Assembly: GCA_951406725.2 (NCBI GenBank) | Contig: OX597824.1 | Coordinates: forward strand, 21,514,001 to 21,578,000 | Direction of reading: 5' to 3' | Source of the DNA: Octopus vulgaris | Taxonomy: Eukaryota | DNA length: 64,000 nucleotides | Shown: positions 12,701 to 25,085 of the stretch, piece by piece | How the letters are laid out: every line of letters begins with the position of its first letter | Numbering within the stretch: position 1 is the stretch's first letter | Notes under the pieces: model-generated | Database searches by the model: none | Seen by the model: the letters and a program-made list of their open reading frames with translations, nothing else | What the model was told of the DNA's origin: nothing | Position numbers and translations under genes: made by a program

Positions 12701-14279
12701 AATAAAAATCATAATTTGACAAAAACTTTTAATTGCTTTTATTTATTATACGTAGTAAATAGCCAAACCACATTTTATATGAGGACACATCTATTTTTCT
12801 TTCCTTTTATCAAAAAGCAATTACACATTATACTAAGAGGCAAGGGGAAGGGCACATTGTATATGGGTTAATATAGTGTGTCTGTATGTATTCACACACG
12901 TCTCTATGTATGTATGTATGCATGTATGTATGTATGTATGTGTATTGTGGATGTGGAGATGCTAGTGCAGGTGTAGAATGATAGATAAGCACAAAATTAG
13001 TGCTTGGACTGATTAAAGTCTTAAATTCATAGGTTTTTCTTTTTGCTTCTTCTTGGCATTCCGTTGTTATGTTTGAAAAGAGGTAAATTTTTTTTCAAAT
13101 TTCAAAAACAACAAACGAAACCTCGAAAAACACCCATAGAACCCTGCTTAAATTCCAACTTCTTACTCGTGGTAAAGTAGTTCAGCAGAACAGGAGTTGG
13201 CTGCAAGAAACACAAGGCTTGAGAAAGTAATAAAGACACAATGCTGGACAAACGATGAGACAGCGGGAATATTTGGAGATTCCCATATGAAGACATTCAC
13301 ATAGTGAACTTTATGCTAGTTGATAATATTTTGCTTATATGCTTTGTGTAATATTGCCTCATTATGTACATCTCTTTGCATACTATCAACCATTCACTAA
13401 ATGTTTGAAACAGCTGTAAAGAAAGAATTTGTGTCCTGTAATATATAACATGTCCTATAAAAGAATTCCTACTTTTTATAATTAAACCCCCCCCCCCATT
13501 GTTGAAGTCTGCCTCAAGCCTACAGGTTCATTAGGTCAGAGTTTCTCCCAATCTTCAAGTTATGTAAGTAACCTGGAAGTATAAGACTCCCTCCTGGATA
13601 GGACACAGGTCCATGGTAGGGCTTAATCATCAGCTATTCTGATACTCATTTTCAACTGTCTGGAATAATGTAAAATGAAGAGCATTGCTCAAGGATACAA
13701 TGCACTAAACAGTATTGGAATTGAAATCATGCCCATGCAATAATGGGCCCAACACCCTTGCCAACTAGGCCATGGTCCTTTTATATATATGTGCATGCGT
13801 GTATGGGGGTAAGAGAATGAGAGAGTGCATGTGAAAGAGAGCACCCTTCTGTATGAGACAGTTACAAGGGTAAAGAGAGCAAAATCAGATCAGGTGAGTG
13901 CAAAAACAAGATATGGAATTTGAATGCAGAGAATGTATGAGGGATAGAAAGAAATGAGACGACAAGTATGCTACACAAAATGTGTAATGTTAAGGGGCCT
14001 GAAAAAAGGGGCACAAATAAGGTGAGAAAAAAAAAAACAACAACAACAGAATCTTGCTGTGAGGGCGATTAGCTGTAGCATGGGAGAGAGAAGTCATGTG
14101 AAGCATATAAAAGATGTCAGTTGTGTCATATATTTGGTTTTGTACATAGTATTGTTCTAGAGAATGTTTAATAAAACATAAGAAAATTATGAGTTTGTTT
14201 TAAAATTTGGGATTACATAGAAAGTATTTTACGTAGGATATGGGCAGTTCTCATAAGCACTATCTTTTGAATTTCTGCC

Positions 14280-14331
<52 letters not shown>

Positions 14332-14811
14332 GAATGAGAAAGCAATGCATGCTATCAAAGTGACACTGGTGTACAAATATACCGAGCCTAATATACCCAT
14401 CTGATAAGGGTACACCAGGTATATGCACACACACACACACACGTATATGCACTTGATCACATGTGTATATACACACTCAAACAGACACATACAATCACAC
14501 ACTCACACACATGTGCATGACCACACTCACACATTTGCAAGCACACACAACACACACACATACTCGTATATGCATGCACATAGATGCATGCATGCACACA
14601 TACACATGCACACACAAACGCATTCACACATACAAATGTGCATACACACACTCACACACACACACCAACAATGCTGTATATTCCTGGATATTTTCTTCTC
14701 CCATAGTTTTGTAAATAATTTTTCAGTATTTAATGTAATTAAGCATAAATATATCATAATTAAACACAGATCTTTGCTCATAAACCTGCAACTTTCTATA
14801 TTTGTCCACAG

Positions 14812-14924
14812 ACTTCCATTATTCCCTCCGTAGAAGATCTAGACCCCGATGTTTTGTCAACTATGAATTCTTTACAGTGCTTTAAAGATAAAGAAAAACT
14901 TGTACAGGAATTATTAAGCTCAAA
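14812..14924 (+). CDS. BRSK2: BRSK/SAD exon: UBA domain part 1 (TSIIPSVEDLDPDVLSTMNSLQCFKDKEKLVQELLSSK)
   Basis: Boundaries ccacag|...|gtgagt. The peptide matches the BRSK UBA motif EDIDPDVLDSMHSLGCF. 113 nt, phase 0 to 2. Confidence 0.95.
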
Positions 14925-14991
14925 GTGAGTAACACTCTCTTTTAATTTCATTTTTGGATTTGGTTTATATGAGTTCATGTGTTGAAACATA

Positions 14992-15445
14992 TTCTGTTGT
15001 GTCTGGGGAGAGTAATTTTCTTTTTGTGCCTTATAATGTAACATACTCACCAGCAAAATTTCCACTTATTTCTTATTTTTAGTTTCCTAAAATTTTCATT
15101 GCATCTTGCAAACCTTTTTCAATAGTCTTGAAATATTAGGAAAATAAAAATAAGAAATAAGTGGAAATTTTACCAGTGAGTGTGTTAAATTATTCTGTTG
15201 TGTCTGAGGAGAGTCATTTTCTTTTTGTGCCTTATAATGTAACACTCTCACCGGTAAAATTTCCACTTATTTCTTATTTTTATTTTCCTAAAATTTCCGT
15301 TGCATATTACAACCATTTTCAATGGTCTTGAAATTTTAGGAAATTGTAGGAAAAAAATTTTTAGGAAAATAAAAATAAGAAATAAGTGGAAATTTTACCA
15401 GTGAGTGTGTTAAACTATAAGGCACAAAAAGAAAATGACTCTCTT
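14992..15445. repeat. Double hairpin: a roughly 140-bp repeat unit, each followed by its partial reverse complement, twice in tandem
   Basis: Forward ...aaatttccacttatttcttatttttattttcctaa alternates with reverse ttaggaaaataaaaataagaaataagtggaaattt. The same family occurs at 53985-54210 and 52468-52540. Confidence 0.85.
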
Positions 15446-15995
15446 TTAATTGTTTTCTAGATGTCTTATATTAATTGTGTTGTGCTGTACTAATTTATGT
15501 ATAGGGGGTTACAAGGTGCCTTGTCAAGGATCTATCACCCTTTCTAGTGCTAATGTCATGAGAAAATGTAAAGTGGTTGATGATAGGAAAAGTTACCAGC
15601 TGTAGAAACCAAACCAGGACGAAGTGCACAATCACCAGTCTATGAGAACAGTAGATTTCAATTTAGAAATACCTTGTATCATGACATCTTGTCCAACCGG
15701 TAACAGAGAAGGTGAATCTAAAGGTGGTGGTAATGCATCTCCAGACACACCCAATAGCAAAGTATCATATCTAAAGAGAAGAAGAATTGTCCAGCAACAG
15801 TTGTTTTAAGGATTTCAGCAGAAGTTTTTAAAAAAATTCACATGGCAGTATAGTGCTGCACAAAGCAGGGTTTTTTGGGTTGTTTTATCAAGAAGGCACT
15901 GATCCAATCAGACCCCTACTGGCTATAAATGATGTTTAATTTTCAACTGCATACCATGTGATCTAATTTCTGAATGCTTGTTTTCTTCCTTTTAG

Positions 15996-16096
15996 ACACA
16001 ATACGGAGAAAGTTGTATATTTTTTGCTGTTAGATAGAAAACTTAGAAACCCTAGCATAGAAGATGACATTGAAATCAGAAGTCGGAACGATGCAG
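15996..16096 (+). CDS. BRSK2: BRSK/SAD exon: UBA part 2 (HNTEKVVYFLLLDRKLRNPSIEDDIEIRSRNDA)
   Basis: Boundaries tttag|...CAG|gtaaat. It carries the EKxxYFLLLDRK BRSK motif. 101 nt, phase 2 to 1. Confidence 0.95.
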
Positions 16097-16145
16097 GTAA
16101 ATGTCTTTGATTACCGCTTTTTTGTTGCAAATATTATTTAAATGG

Positions 16146-16528
16146 TGGAGGCGCAATGGCCCAGTGGTTAGGGCAGCGAACTCGCGGTCATAGGATCGCG
16201 GTTTCGATTCCCAGACCGGGCGTTGTGAGTGTCTATTGAGCGAAAACACCTAAAGCTCCACGAGGCTCCGGCAGGGGATGGTGGTGATCCCTGCTGTACT
16301 CTTTCACCACAACTTTCTCTCACTCTTACTTCCTGTTTCTGTTGTACCTGTATTTCAAAGGGGCGGCCTTGTCACTCTCTGTGTCACACTGAATATCCCT
16401 GAGAACTACGTTAAGGGTACACGTGTCTGTGGAGTGCTCAGCCACTTACACGTTAATTTCACGAGCAGGCTGTTCCATTGATTCGGATCAACCGGAACCC
16501 TCGTCGTCGTAACCGACGGAGAGCTTCC
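16146..16528 (+). mobile_element. SINE family C (tRNA-Arg-like head; octopus OR1-like)
   Basis: Head ggaggcgcaatggcccagtggttagggcagcg.actcgcgg...ggtttcgattccc. A near-identical copy lies at 44089-44471. The same head with other tails occurs at 46295-46595(+), 31120-31415(-) and 54685-54962(-). Confidence 0.8.
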
Positions 16529-18325
16529 ACATTATTTAAATGATGCTGTTTTCTTTTTTTCATATAATGCCTTAATTTCGGTTATGAGACACATTACATC
16601 GGTTTATCACATGGCGACACTGGTAACGATCATGCTCGAATAGTGCTTTTTATGGTGGAATGTAATATATACCATTCAAGCGTGATCGTTACCAGCGTTG
16701 CCTTACTGGCACGTGAAAAACATTCGAGTAAGGTCGTTGCCAGTGCCTCTGGACTGGCTTCTGTACTGGTGGCACATAAAAAGTACCATTCAAGTGTGAT
16801 CGTTATCAGTGTCGCTTTACTGTTACTTGTACCAGTAGCATGTGAAAAACATTCGTGCGAGGTCATTGCCAGTGCAGGTGGCACATAAAAACACCATTTG
16901 AGCGTGGCAGTTGCTAGTGCCGCCTGACTGGCCTTCGTGCCAGTGGCACATAAATGCACCCACTACACTCTCAGAGTGGTTGGCATTAGGAAGGGCATCC
17001 AGCTGTAGAAACTCTGCCAGATCAGATTGGAGCCTGGTGCAGCCATCTGGTTTGCCAGCCCTCAGTCAAATCGTCCAACCCATGCTAGCATGGAAAGCGG
17101 ACGTTAAATGATGATGATGATAATGATGACTTTATATGCATTTCTGACATGTGTGTGCTATATGCATCTATCTGCGCTTAAAGGTCACACTAGTAATGGT
17201 TTCAAATTTTGGTCCAAAATTTTAGGGAAGGTGTGAAGGCACATGGTTTAGTGGTTAGGTTACTCAACTCATGGTCATGTGTTTGATTCCTGGCGATGCG
17301 TTGTGTCCTTGAGCAAGACACTTTATTTCGCATTGTACCAGTTCATTCAGTTGGATAAAAATGAGTTGTACCTGTATTTTAAAGGATCATCTTTATCACA
17401 TTCTGTGTCATGCTGAATCTCCTTGAGAACTATGTTAAGGGTACTCATGTCTGCGAGCTGGCAGAATTGTTAGCACGCCGGGCAAAATACTTAGCAGTAT
17501 TTTGTCTGTCTTTAAGGTTCTGAGTTCAAATTCCGCTGAGGTCGACTTTGCCTGTCATCCTTTCAGGGCCAATTAAATAAGTACCAGTTATGACCTTGTG
17601 TCGATGTAATTGACTTAATCCGTTTCTCTGTCCTTCTTTGTCCCCTCTGTGTTTAGCCCCTTGTGGGTAGTAAAGAAATAGGTACTCATGTATGTGAAGT
17701 ACTCAGCCACTTGCATGTTAATTTCACAAGGAGGCCATTTTGTTGATTGGGTCAGTTTTATTGACCCCAGTGCCCAAATGGTACTTATTTTATGAACCCT
17801 GAAAGGATGAAAGGCAAAGTCTACCAGAGCAGAATTTGGACTCGGAAAGGACCGCACTAATAATGTCAGATAATGAATGCCATTGGAAGAAGTCAGAATC
17901 ATAGTGTTATGAACTACAACACTTCTTTGCTAGCTATCGTGCTCCACATAATAAATACTGATTCTTAAGAGAAATATAAACAGTAAAAGTACATCAATGG
18001 TGATATTTGCAAATAAGTGAAGAGAAATTATTGATTGCAGCCAGTGTTGAAAGATTTAATTAATTCATATTGACTGGGTACAGATGTTTGGACACTGGCA
18101 ATTTGGCATGGCTAACTGGACATTGAACATGCACCTATATATATATGTGTGAGCATGTGTGTGTGTGTATGTGTGTATATATGTATATATACGTGTGTAT
18201 GTATATGTATATGTATATATACACACACATACATATATGTGTGTGTGTATATGCATATATGTATATATATATACATACATATATATATGTGTGTGTGTAT
18301 GTATGTGTGTGTATATATACACACA

Positions 18326-18424
<99 letters not shown>

Positions 18425-18432
18425 ACATATAA

Positions 18433-18476
<44 letters not shown>

Positions 18477-18959
18477 ACATATACGTGTGTGTGTGTGTGT
18501 GTATGTATATGTGTGTGTGTGTGTATATATATATGTATGTATATATATATATAGGTGCCTGCATGGCTCTGTGATAAGAAGTTTGCTTCTAAACCACATA
18601 GTTTTAGGTTCAGTCCCATTGTGTGGCACCTTGGGCAAGTGTCTTATACTATAGCCTTGGGCTGACCAAAGCCTTGTGAATAGACATATATATCTATATA
18701 TCTGTGTATGTTTTTTTGTGTTTGTCTCCCACCACTGCTTTACAACCAGTGTTGGTGTATGTATGTCCCTGTAACTTGAAAGTTCTGCAATAGAGACTGA
18801 TAGAATAAGTATTTGGCATAAGAAAAAAAAAAAACTACTGAGGTTGAGTCATTTGACTAAAAATTTTTCATGGTGGAGCCCCAGCATGGCCACAACCTAA
18901 TGACTGAAACAAATACAAGACAAAAGATAAAAAATGGCCACAAGCCAATTATACACATA

Positions 18960-19768
18960 TTCTTTTCTCCTCTAGGTACAAGGCCCGAAATTTTGGGGAA
19001 GGGGTCCAGTTGATTAGATCGGCCCCTGTACGCAACTGGTACTTGATTTATTGACCCCCAAAAAGAAGATAGGTGAAGTTGACCTTGATGAAATTTGAAC
19101 TCAGAACGTAAAAACAGACAAAATATTGCCAAGCATCCTACCTGGCATGCTAACGTTTCTTATTTCTTTATTGCCTACTAGGGGCTACACACAGAGGGGA
19201 CAAACAAGGACAGATAAACGGATTAAGTCGATTATATCAACCCCAGTGCGTAACTGGTACTTATTTAATCGACCCTGAAAGGATGAAAGGCAAAGTCGAC
19301 CTCGGCGGAATTTGAACTCAGAACGTAGCGGCAGACGAAATACCTATTTCTTTACTACCCACAAGGAGCTAAACATAGAGGGGACAAACAAGGACAGACA
19401 GACAGACGGATTAAGTTGATTATATCGACCCCAGTGCGTAACAGGTACTTATTTAATCGACCCTGAAAGGTTGAAAGGCAAAGTCGACCTCAGCGGAATT
19501 TGAACTCAGAACGTAGCGGCAGACGAAATACCTATTTCTTTACTACCCACAAAGAGCTAAACATAGAGGGGACAAACAAGGACAGACAGACAGACGGATT
19601 AAGTTGATTATATCGACCCCAGTGCGTAACTGGTACTTAATTTATCGATCCCGAAAGGATGAAAGGCAAAGTTGACCTCGACAGAATTTGAACTCAGAAC
19701 ATAACGGCAGACGAAATACCGCTAAGCATTTCGCCCGGCGTGCTAACATTTCTGCCAGCTCGCCGCCT
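18960..19768 (-). mobile_element. Tandem multimer of SINE family B (central gcctttcatcctttcggggtcgataaattaagtacc domain)
   Basis: One full head plus 2-3 head-less repeats of about 180 bp. Single copies lie at 4500-4890, 11649-11880, 32490-32706, 37250-37645(-), 40272-40503, 55666-55898 and 57961-58180, with a cluster at 40795-41380. Confidence 0.8.
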
Positions 19769-20015
19769 TGCTTATATACATACTCACACCAGATAAAGAT
19801 ATTCTGGTACAAGTGTCTCAATGACAGCTCTGTTAGCCAACAATATTATTATTGTACAGGAGTGGCTGTGTGGTAAGTAGCTTGCTAACCAACCACATGG
19901 TTCCGGGTTCAGTCCCACTGCGTGGTATCTTGGGCAAGTGTCTTCTGTTCTAGCCCCGGGCCGACCAATGCCTTGTGAGTGGATTTGGTAGGTGGAAACT
20001 GAAAGAAGCCTGTCG

Positions 20016-20058
<43 letters not shown>

Positions 20059-20900
20059 TTGCCCCCTAGCATTGCTTGACAACCGATGCTGGTGTGTTTA
20101 CGTCCCCGTCACTTAGCGGTTAGGCAAAAGAGACCGATAGAATAAGTACTGGGCTTACAAAGAATAAGTCCCGGGATCGATTTGCTCGACTAAAGGCGGT
20201 GCTCCAGCATGGCCACAGTCAAATGACTGAAACAAATAAAAGAGTAAAAGAAAAGAGTAATATACAATATGATAGAAGCTTGGCAATAACACAAAAATGT
20301 TGATGCATTCTCAAGACTGCCATTGAGGATTGGTGACAAATTAAATGAAAAATCAAAACTCATTTTTCTATTTATGGATTTGAAATACATCAAATTATTG
20401 ATGAACATATCTTAAGGGAATATTGGTTACCATTAAAGAAATTGAACCAGACATGAAGTCTGATATTGACGTTATTCTAATTAAACAATTCTTTAATAAT
20501 GATTGGCCAGAAAGCTAAATATCAAAGCTATCCGTCTTAGGGAATATCGGTAGATGGAGAGGAAGAATGTAATGTAATTTATGATCATAGGAATTTAATA
20601 ATTTTGCAGTTCGGTTTTTCTTGAGTAATTATTCCAAAAATATTCCTGAATAAAAGTTTGACTCAGCTGCAAGAAAGTCTCTAAGGCATGGTTTTAAAAG
20701 AAAGGAATGAGTCATAGATACTGGTGCTGACAGAATTTTGGATCAGTGCAGTCTGGTATCCTTGCAATAGTCTGCCATGTTCCAGCATATCAATGAATTG
20801 TATCTGACAAAAAATATGAACCGCTAAGTTACGGGGATGTAAACACACCAGCATCAGTTGTCAAGCGATGTTGGATGTACAAACACATATACACAGACAT

Positions 20901-20937
<37 letters not shown>

Positions 20938-21644
20938 CGAAGCTCATCATATATATATATATATATATATACGATGAGCTTCTTTCAGTTTCCATCTTTG
21001 GTCGGCCCGAGGCTATAGTAGAAGCTACTTACCACACAGTCTACTTACTACACAGGCCACTCCTACACCTATTGTTGACAAAACAGTGATAATAAGTTAC
21101 AAAATTAAACTTGTATTTATCAGGGATTACCAAAACAGAACTAAATGGATTTGTGGATCACTTACAAAGAAATTTCATTCAATGGTGTACTTTATTAAAA
21201 GCAGTGTTTTAAAGGATAGGACACCAGAATCAGATTTGGTTACAAGATTGCACGGTGCCATTATCAACCAGACACACACTGGAACAAAGTAAATCACTGA
21301 CAAACACAAAGACAGACAAATACACACACACACACGTACACACACACACACACACACGCTTATTGGCTTTCACACAGTTTCCCCCCTGCCAAATTCGTTC
21401 ACAAGGCATTGGTTGGCCCCGGGTTATAGTAGAAAACTTTTGTCAGAGGTGCCACTCATTGGCATTGAATTTGAAACCATGTGGTTGTGAAGCAAGTTTC
21501 TTAACCACGCACCCATGCCTATGCCTTTTAACATCCCATTAGTTTGCTTTATTCTCTCAGAAACTTCCTCTACCAAAATATAATTCGATTTTCTGAAGTG
21601 TAAGAATTCAGGTTTTTCAACTTTTAAATGTAAATATTTTTCAG

Positions 21645-21693
21645 ATCCTCCTAGAAAAAGAGTCGACGCAGTTCAACTGAATGGCTCTCAAAG
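21645..21693 (+). CDS. BRSK2: BRSK/SAD exon (DPPRKRVDAVQLNGSQS)
   Basis: Boundaries ttttcag|...AAG|gtaagg. DPPRKRVD is a BRSK hallmark. 49 nt, phase 1 to 2. Confidence 0.93.
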
Positions 21694-22692
21694 GTAAGGT
21701 TCTTAATGCTGTCTTTTACTGAAATCTATTAACTACCAAAAAGCTTCACCTAATTCTTCCAATACAATGGAATTGGTTTTTGTCCCTTACATTTTTATCA
21801 ATGAATTTCTGGTATAATAGTTTTTTAAAGAGAATTTTGAATTATGTTTTGTGAATTCTTAAGTTTAGATAGCCATCTTCTGCTGTAGAATTTATTTTTA
21901 ATTATTTCTGATATTTAACTATAAGCAAAAAAAAATGTTGGTAAGATTCTTTTTAAGATTATCTCTTTAGCACTCAGATTACTCTATCAAACCTAATGCT
22001 TATTTATCCACATAGTTTTTAATTAATTATGCATTATCACTTAGCTTTGAGATTTAACGATGTGATTGTTTATTTTTAGAATGACATTGTAGGGTATGTG
22101 TGAGGGGCCAGTTAAAGCCAGCTTGAACATAAGACAGGTAGAATAGTTGGGTTGGATATGACCAGTTTAAATATAAAATGCTTAGAATAAGAAGACGAAG
22201 AATTTGAAAAAAAAGAAAATGGAATAAAAAGAATCCTTTCCAATCATCATCATTGTCTTCATCATCATCATCATCATTATCATCTTCTTCAAATAACACA
22301 TTTATAATAGCAATTATTCATGATTAAGCAAGGTGATTTTTATTTACTTAAACTCATATATATATGCATTTTTTGTATGATAAACTCAGCTATCTTAGTT
22401 TCTATTTCTTTTAATTATTGAGTGAGAGAGCAGTGCATGCCATCAAAGTGATGGGAAATGAAATTGAGACTTACGTGGTTTGAGCTTGGTAGTATTCAAC
22501 TAGATGTTGTAGTAGATTGACTCCTTTCTTTGTGCGGATTTCATTGACTTTTATTAGATACTGCGAACAAACAGAAGTAGAAATTAGACAACAATTCTTT
22601 TTAAAAAAAAAGTCACTACATTACTGACCACAAGTAGATCATATCTTGATATAGTTAATGTATATTTAAGTTTGCAAATGAGAGACTAACAG

Positions 22693-23144
22693 AAAGTATG
22701 GAAAGCTAGCAGTACCAAAATCACAAAGTATGGAAGGCCAGCGGTGCCAAAATCACAAAGTATGGAAGGCCAGCGGTGCCAAAATCACAAAGTATGGAAG
22801 GCCGGCGGTGCCAAAATCACAAAGTATGGAAGGCCAGCGGTGCCAAAATCACAAAGTATGGAAGGCCAGCGGTGCCAAAATCACAAGGAACATGATTATA
22901 TGCATGCTGGCATTCCATATTTCGTGATTTTGTCACCACTGGCCTTCCATACTTAGTGATTTTGGCACCACTGGCCTTCCATACTTCGTGATTTTGGCAC
23001 CGCTGGCCTTCCATACTTCATGATTTTGGCACTGCTGGCCTTCCATACTTTGTGATTTTGGCACTGCTGGCCTTCCATACTTTGTGATTTTGGCACCGCT
23101 GGCCTTCCATACTTTGTGATTTTGGCACCGCTGGCCTTCCATAC
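22693..23144. repeat. Foldback array of a 32-bp unit (gtatggaaggccagcggtgccaaaatcacaaa): 6 forward copies, a ~19-bp spacer, 7.5 inverted copies
   Basis: Forward units start at 22696, 22728 ... 22856. Reverse units end at 22920, 22952 ... 23144. Confidence 0.95.
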
Positions 23145-23380
23145 ATATATACGTAACAAAGACCATCCGATCGTGGCCGTTGCCAGCCTCGCCTGGCACC
23201 TGTGTCGGTGGCACATAAAAAGCACTCACTACACTCATGGAGTGGTTGGCGTTAAGAAGGGCATCCAGCTGTAGAAACACCGCCAGATCTGACTGGCCTG
23301 GTGCAGCCTTCGGGCTTCCTAGACCCCAGTTGAACCGTCCAACCCATGTTAGCATGGAAAGCGGACGTTAAATGATGATG

Positions 23381-23430
<50 letters not shown>

Positions 23431-23959
23431 CTGTGTTAGCTGAAACTCTAGATCATCGAATCAAAATTTCCAATCATTACATTATTGAACATAATTGATT
23501 TGTATTATCAGCAGATTAGTTTACAAATTGTGTTCAATTCTCCACGCGATAAGTAGCAAAATAAATAAATAAATAGATAAATAAATAAATAAAACGTCTA
23601 ATCTATTTTTAACTTATTGTTGTCCAACCCTTACCAACATGGAAGATGGACATCAAAAGAAGAAGAAGAAGAAGAAGATGATGATATATTAGACTTTATA
23701 TTAGCTGAAAAGAATAGATTAAAGTGTGGAAAGTTATAGAAACATCGAAATTGATTTAGTATAGCTTTTTTATCGATTGTTCTTCTTCTTGTGAAGATGC
23801 GTAGGAGTGGCTGTGTGCTAAGTAGCTTGTTTACCAACCACATGGTTCCGGGTTCAGTCTCACTGTGTGGCACCTTGAGCAAGTGTCTTCTACTATAGCC
23901 TCAGGCCGACCAAAGCTTTTTGAGTGGATTTGGTAGACGGAAACTGAAAGAAGCCCGTC

Positions 23960-23995
<36 letters not shown>

Positions 23996-24000
<5 letters not shown>

Positions 24001-24304
24001 GACTTTGAGGCAGACTTTGTGACAGGCTTTGAAGCAAATTTTGAGATAGACTTTGAGATGGCCTTGAGATAGACCTTGAGGCAGACTTTGAGATCAACTT
24101 TGAGACAGACCTTGAAACAGATTTTGAGAGACTTTGAACTTGACTTTGAGACAGACTTTGAGGCAGACTTTGAGGTAGATTGTGTGGCAGGCTTTGGGAC
24201 AGATTTTGAGACAGACTTTGATGCAGACCTTGAGAAGATTTTGAGATAGACTTTGATGCAGACCTTGAAACAGACTTTGAGACAGACTTTGTGACAGACT
24301 TTGT
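23996..24304. repeat. Degenerate 12-bp minisatellite (agactttgagRc, about 25 copies)
   Basis: The period-12 repeats are directly visible and begin at the TA tract of a truncated SINE. Confidence 0.85.
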
Positions 24305-24661
24305 CTTCTACTTTGAGGTCCTTTTCTGTTTCAGTAAGGAGCAGACCTCAACATATGAAATACTGTGTACTCAACACCAGTTCACTCTCAGCATTGACTC
24401 CTGTATTGAACATGGATTTGTCGAGAGTTTCATTAGAACCATCACAATCAAAGCAGGACTTTCAAAAAAGTGCCTCTACCTTAGTTGTTAAAGTTTGGTG
24501 TTATAAGCAAGGCATCTAATACTAAATATGGATTTGGGCAGGAGGAAGTCAATACATAAGAAGTAATTGTTTTATAGGTATTCTCAGTTGTTGTATTTGC
24601 TGGACATAAGTAAATAGTGATCACATGTACATGTTTATATCTACATATGGTATGGGACATC

Positions 24662-25085
24662 ATGGCACAGCTGTTTCGGCACTATCAGTTTGGCATTGCT
24701 GATTTGACACTGATTTATTTGACATCAATGTTTTAATGTTTCTCTCATTCTCTCCTTTCTCCTCACTCTCCTTTTGTGTATGTGTGTGAGCATATCTCTC
24801 TTTATATCTATGAGGGGAAAATGGTAATGCCAGTTGTGTTCTGTTAATAAATTGTAATCTCTCTCTATCTATCTATCTATCTATCTCTCTATCTATCTAT
24901 CTCTCTATCTATCTATCTCTCTATCTATCTATCTCTCTCTCTCTCTCTGTGCATGCATGTATACATTTCTTCACGTTTATGAGTGTGTGTGTGTTTGCTT
25001 CCAGTGCCAAAAAGTACTGTTGCTAAAACAGGTTCAGTGTCCAGTTAGCCATGCCAAATTGCCAGTGTCAAACAGCCGCTCCCAG
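24662..25085. mobile_element. Old MITE with ~50-bp degenerate terminal inverted repeats
   Basis: Left arm gctgtttcggcactatcagtttggcattgctgatttgacactg versus right arm cagtgtccagttagccatgccaaattgccagtgtcaaacagc. A related end lies at 18071-18130. Confidence 0.55.

Noticed and set aside
16146-16225. tRNA-Arg-like sequence
   Set aside because: It is the head of a multi-copy SINE and continues into the SINE body. It is not a bona fide tRNA cloverleaf gene.
18065-18654. Long ORFs rich in YI/HT/CV (also 14260-14833, 26056-26735, 35067-35407, 47942-48648, 59944-60349, 63459-63843)
   Set aside because: These are translations of (TA)n, (CA)n and (TTC)n microsatellites.
20250-20815. Non-repetitive coding-like AT-rich stretch
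   Set aside because: There is no sustained frame, splice sites or recognisable motif. It is possibly an old transposase relic but cannot be assigned.
22693-23144. CRISPR-like regular 32-bp repeats
   Set aside because: There are no unique spacers and no cas genes, and the context is eukaryotic. It is a tandem/inverted array.
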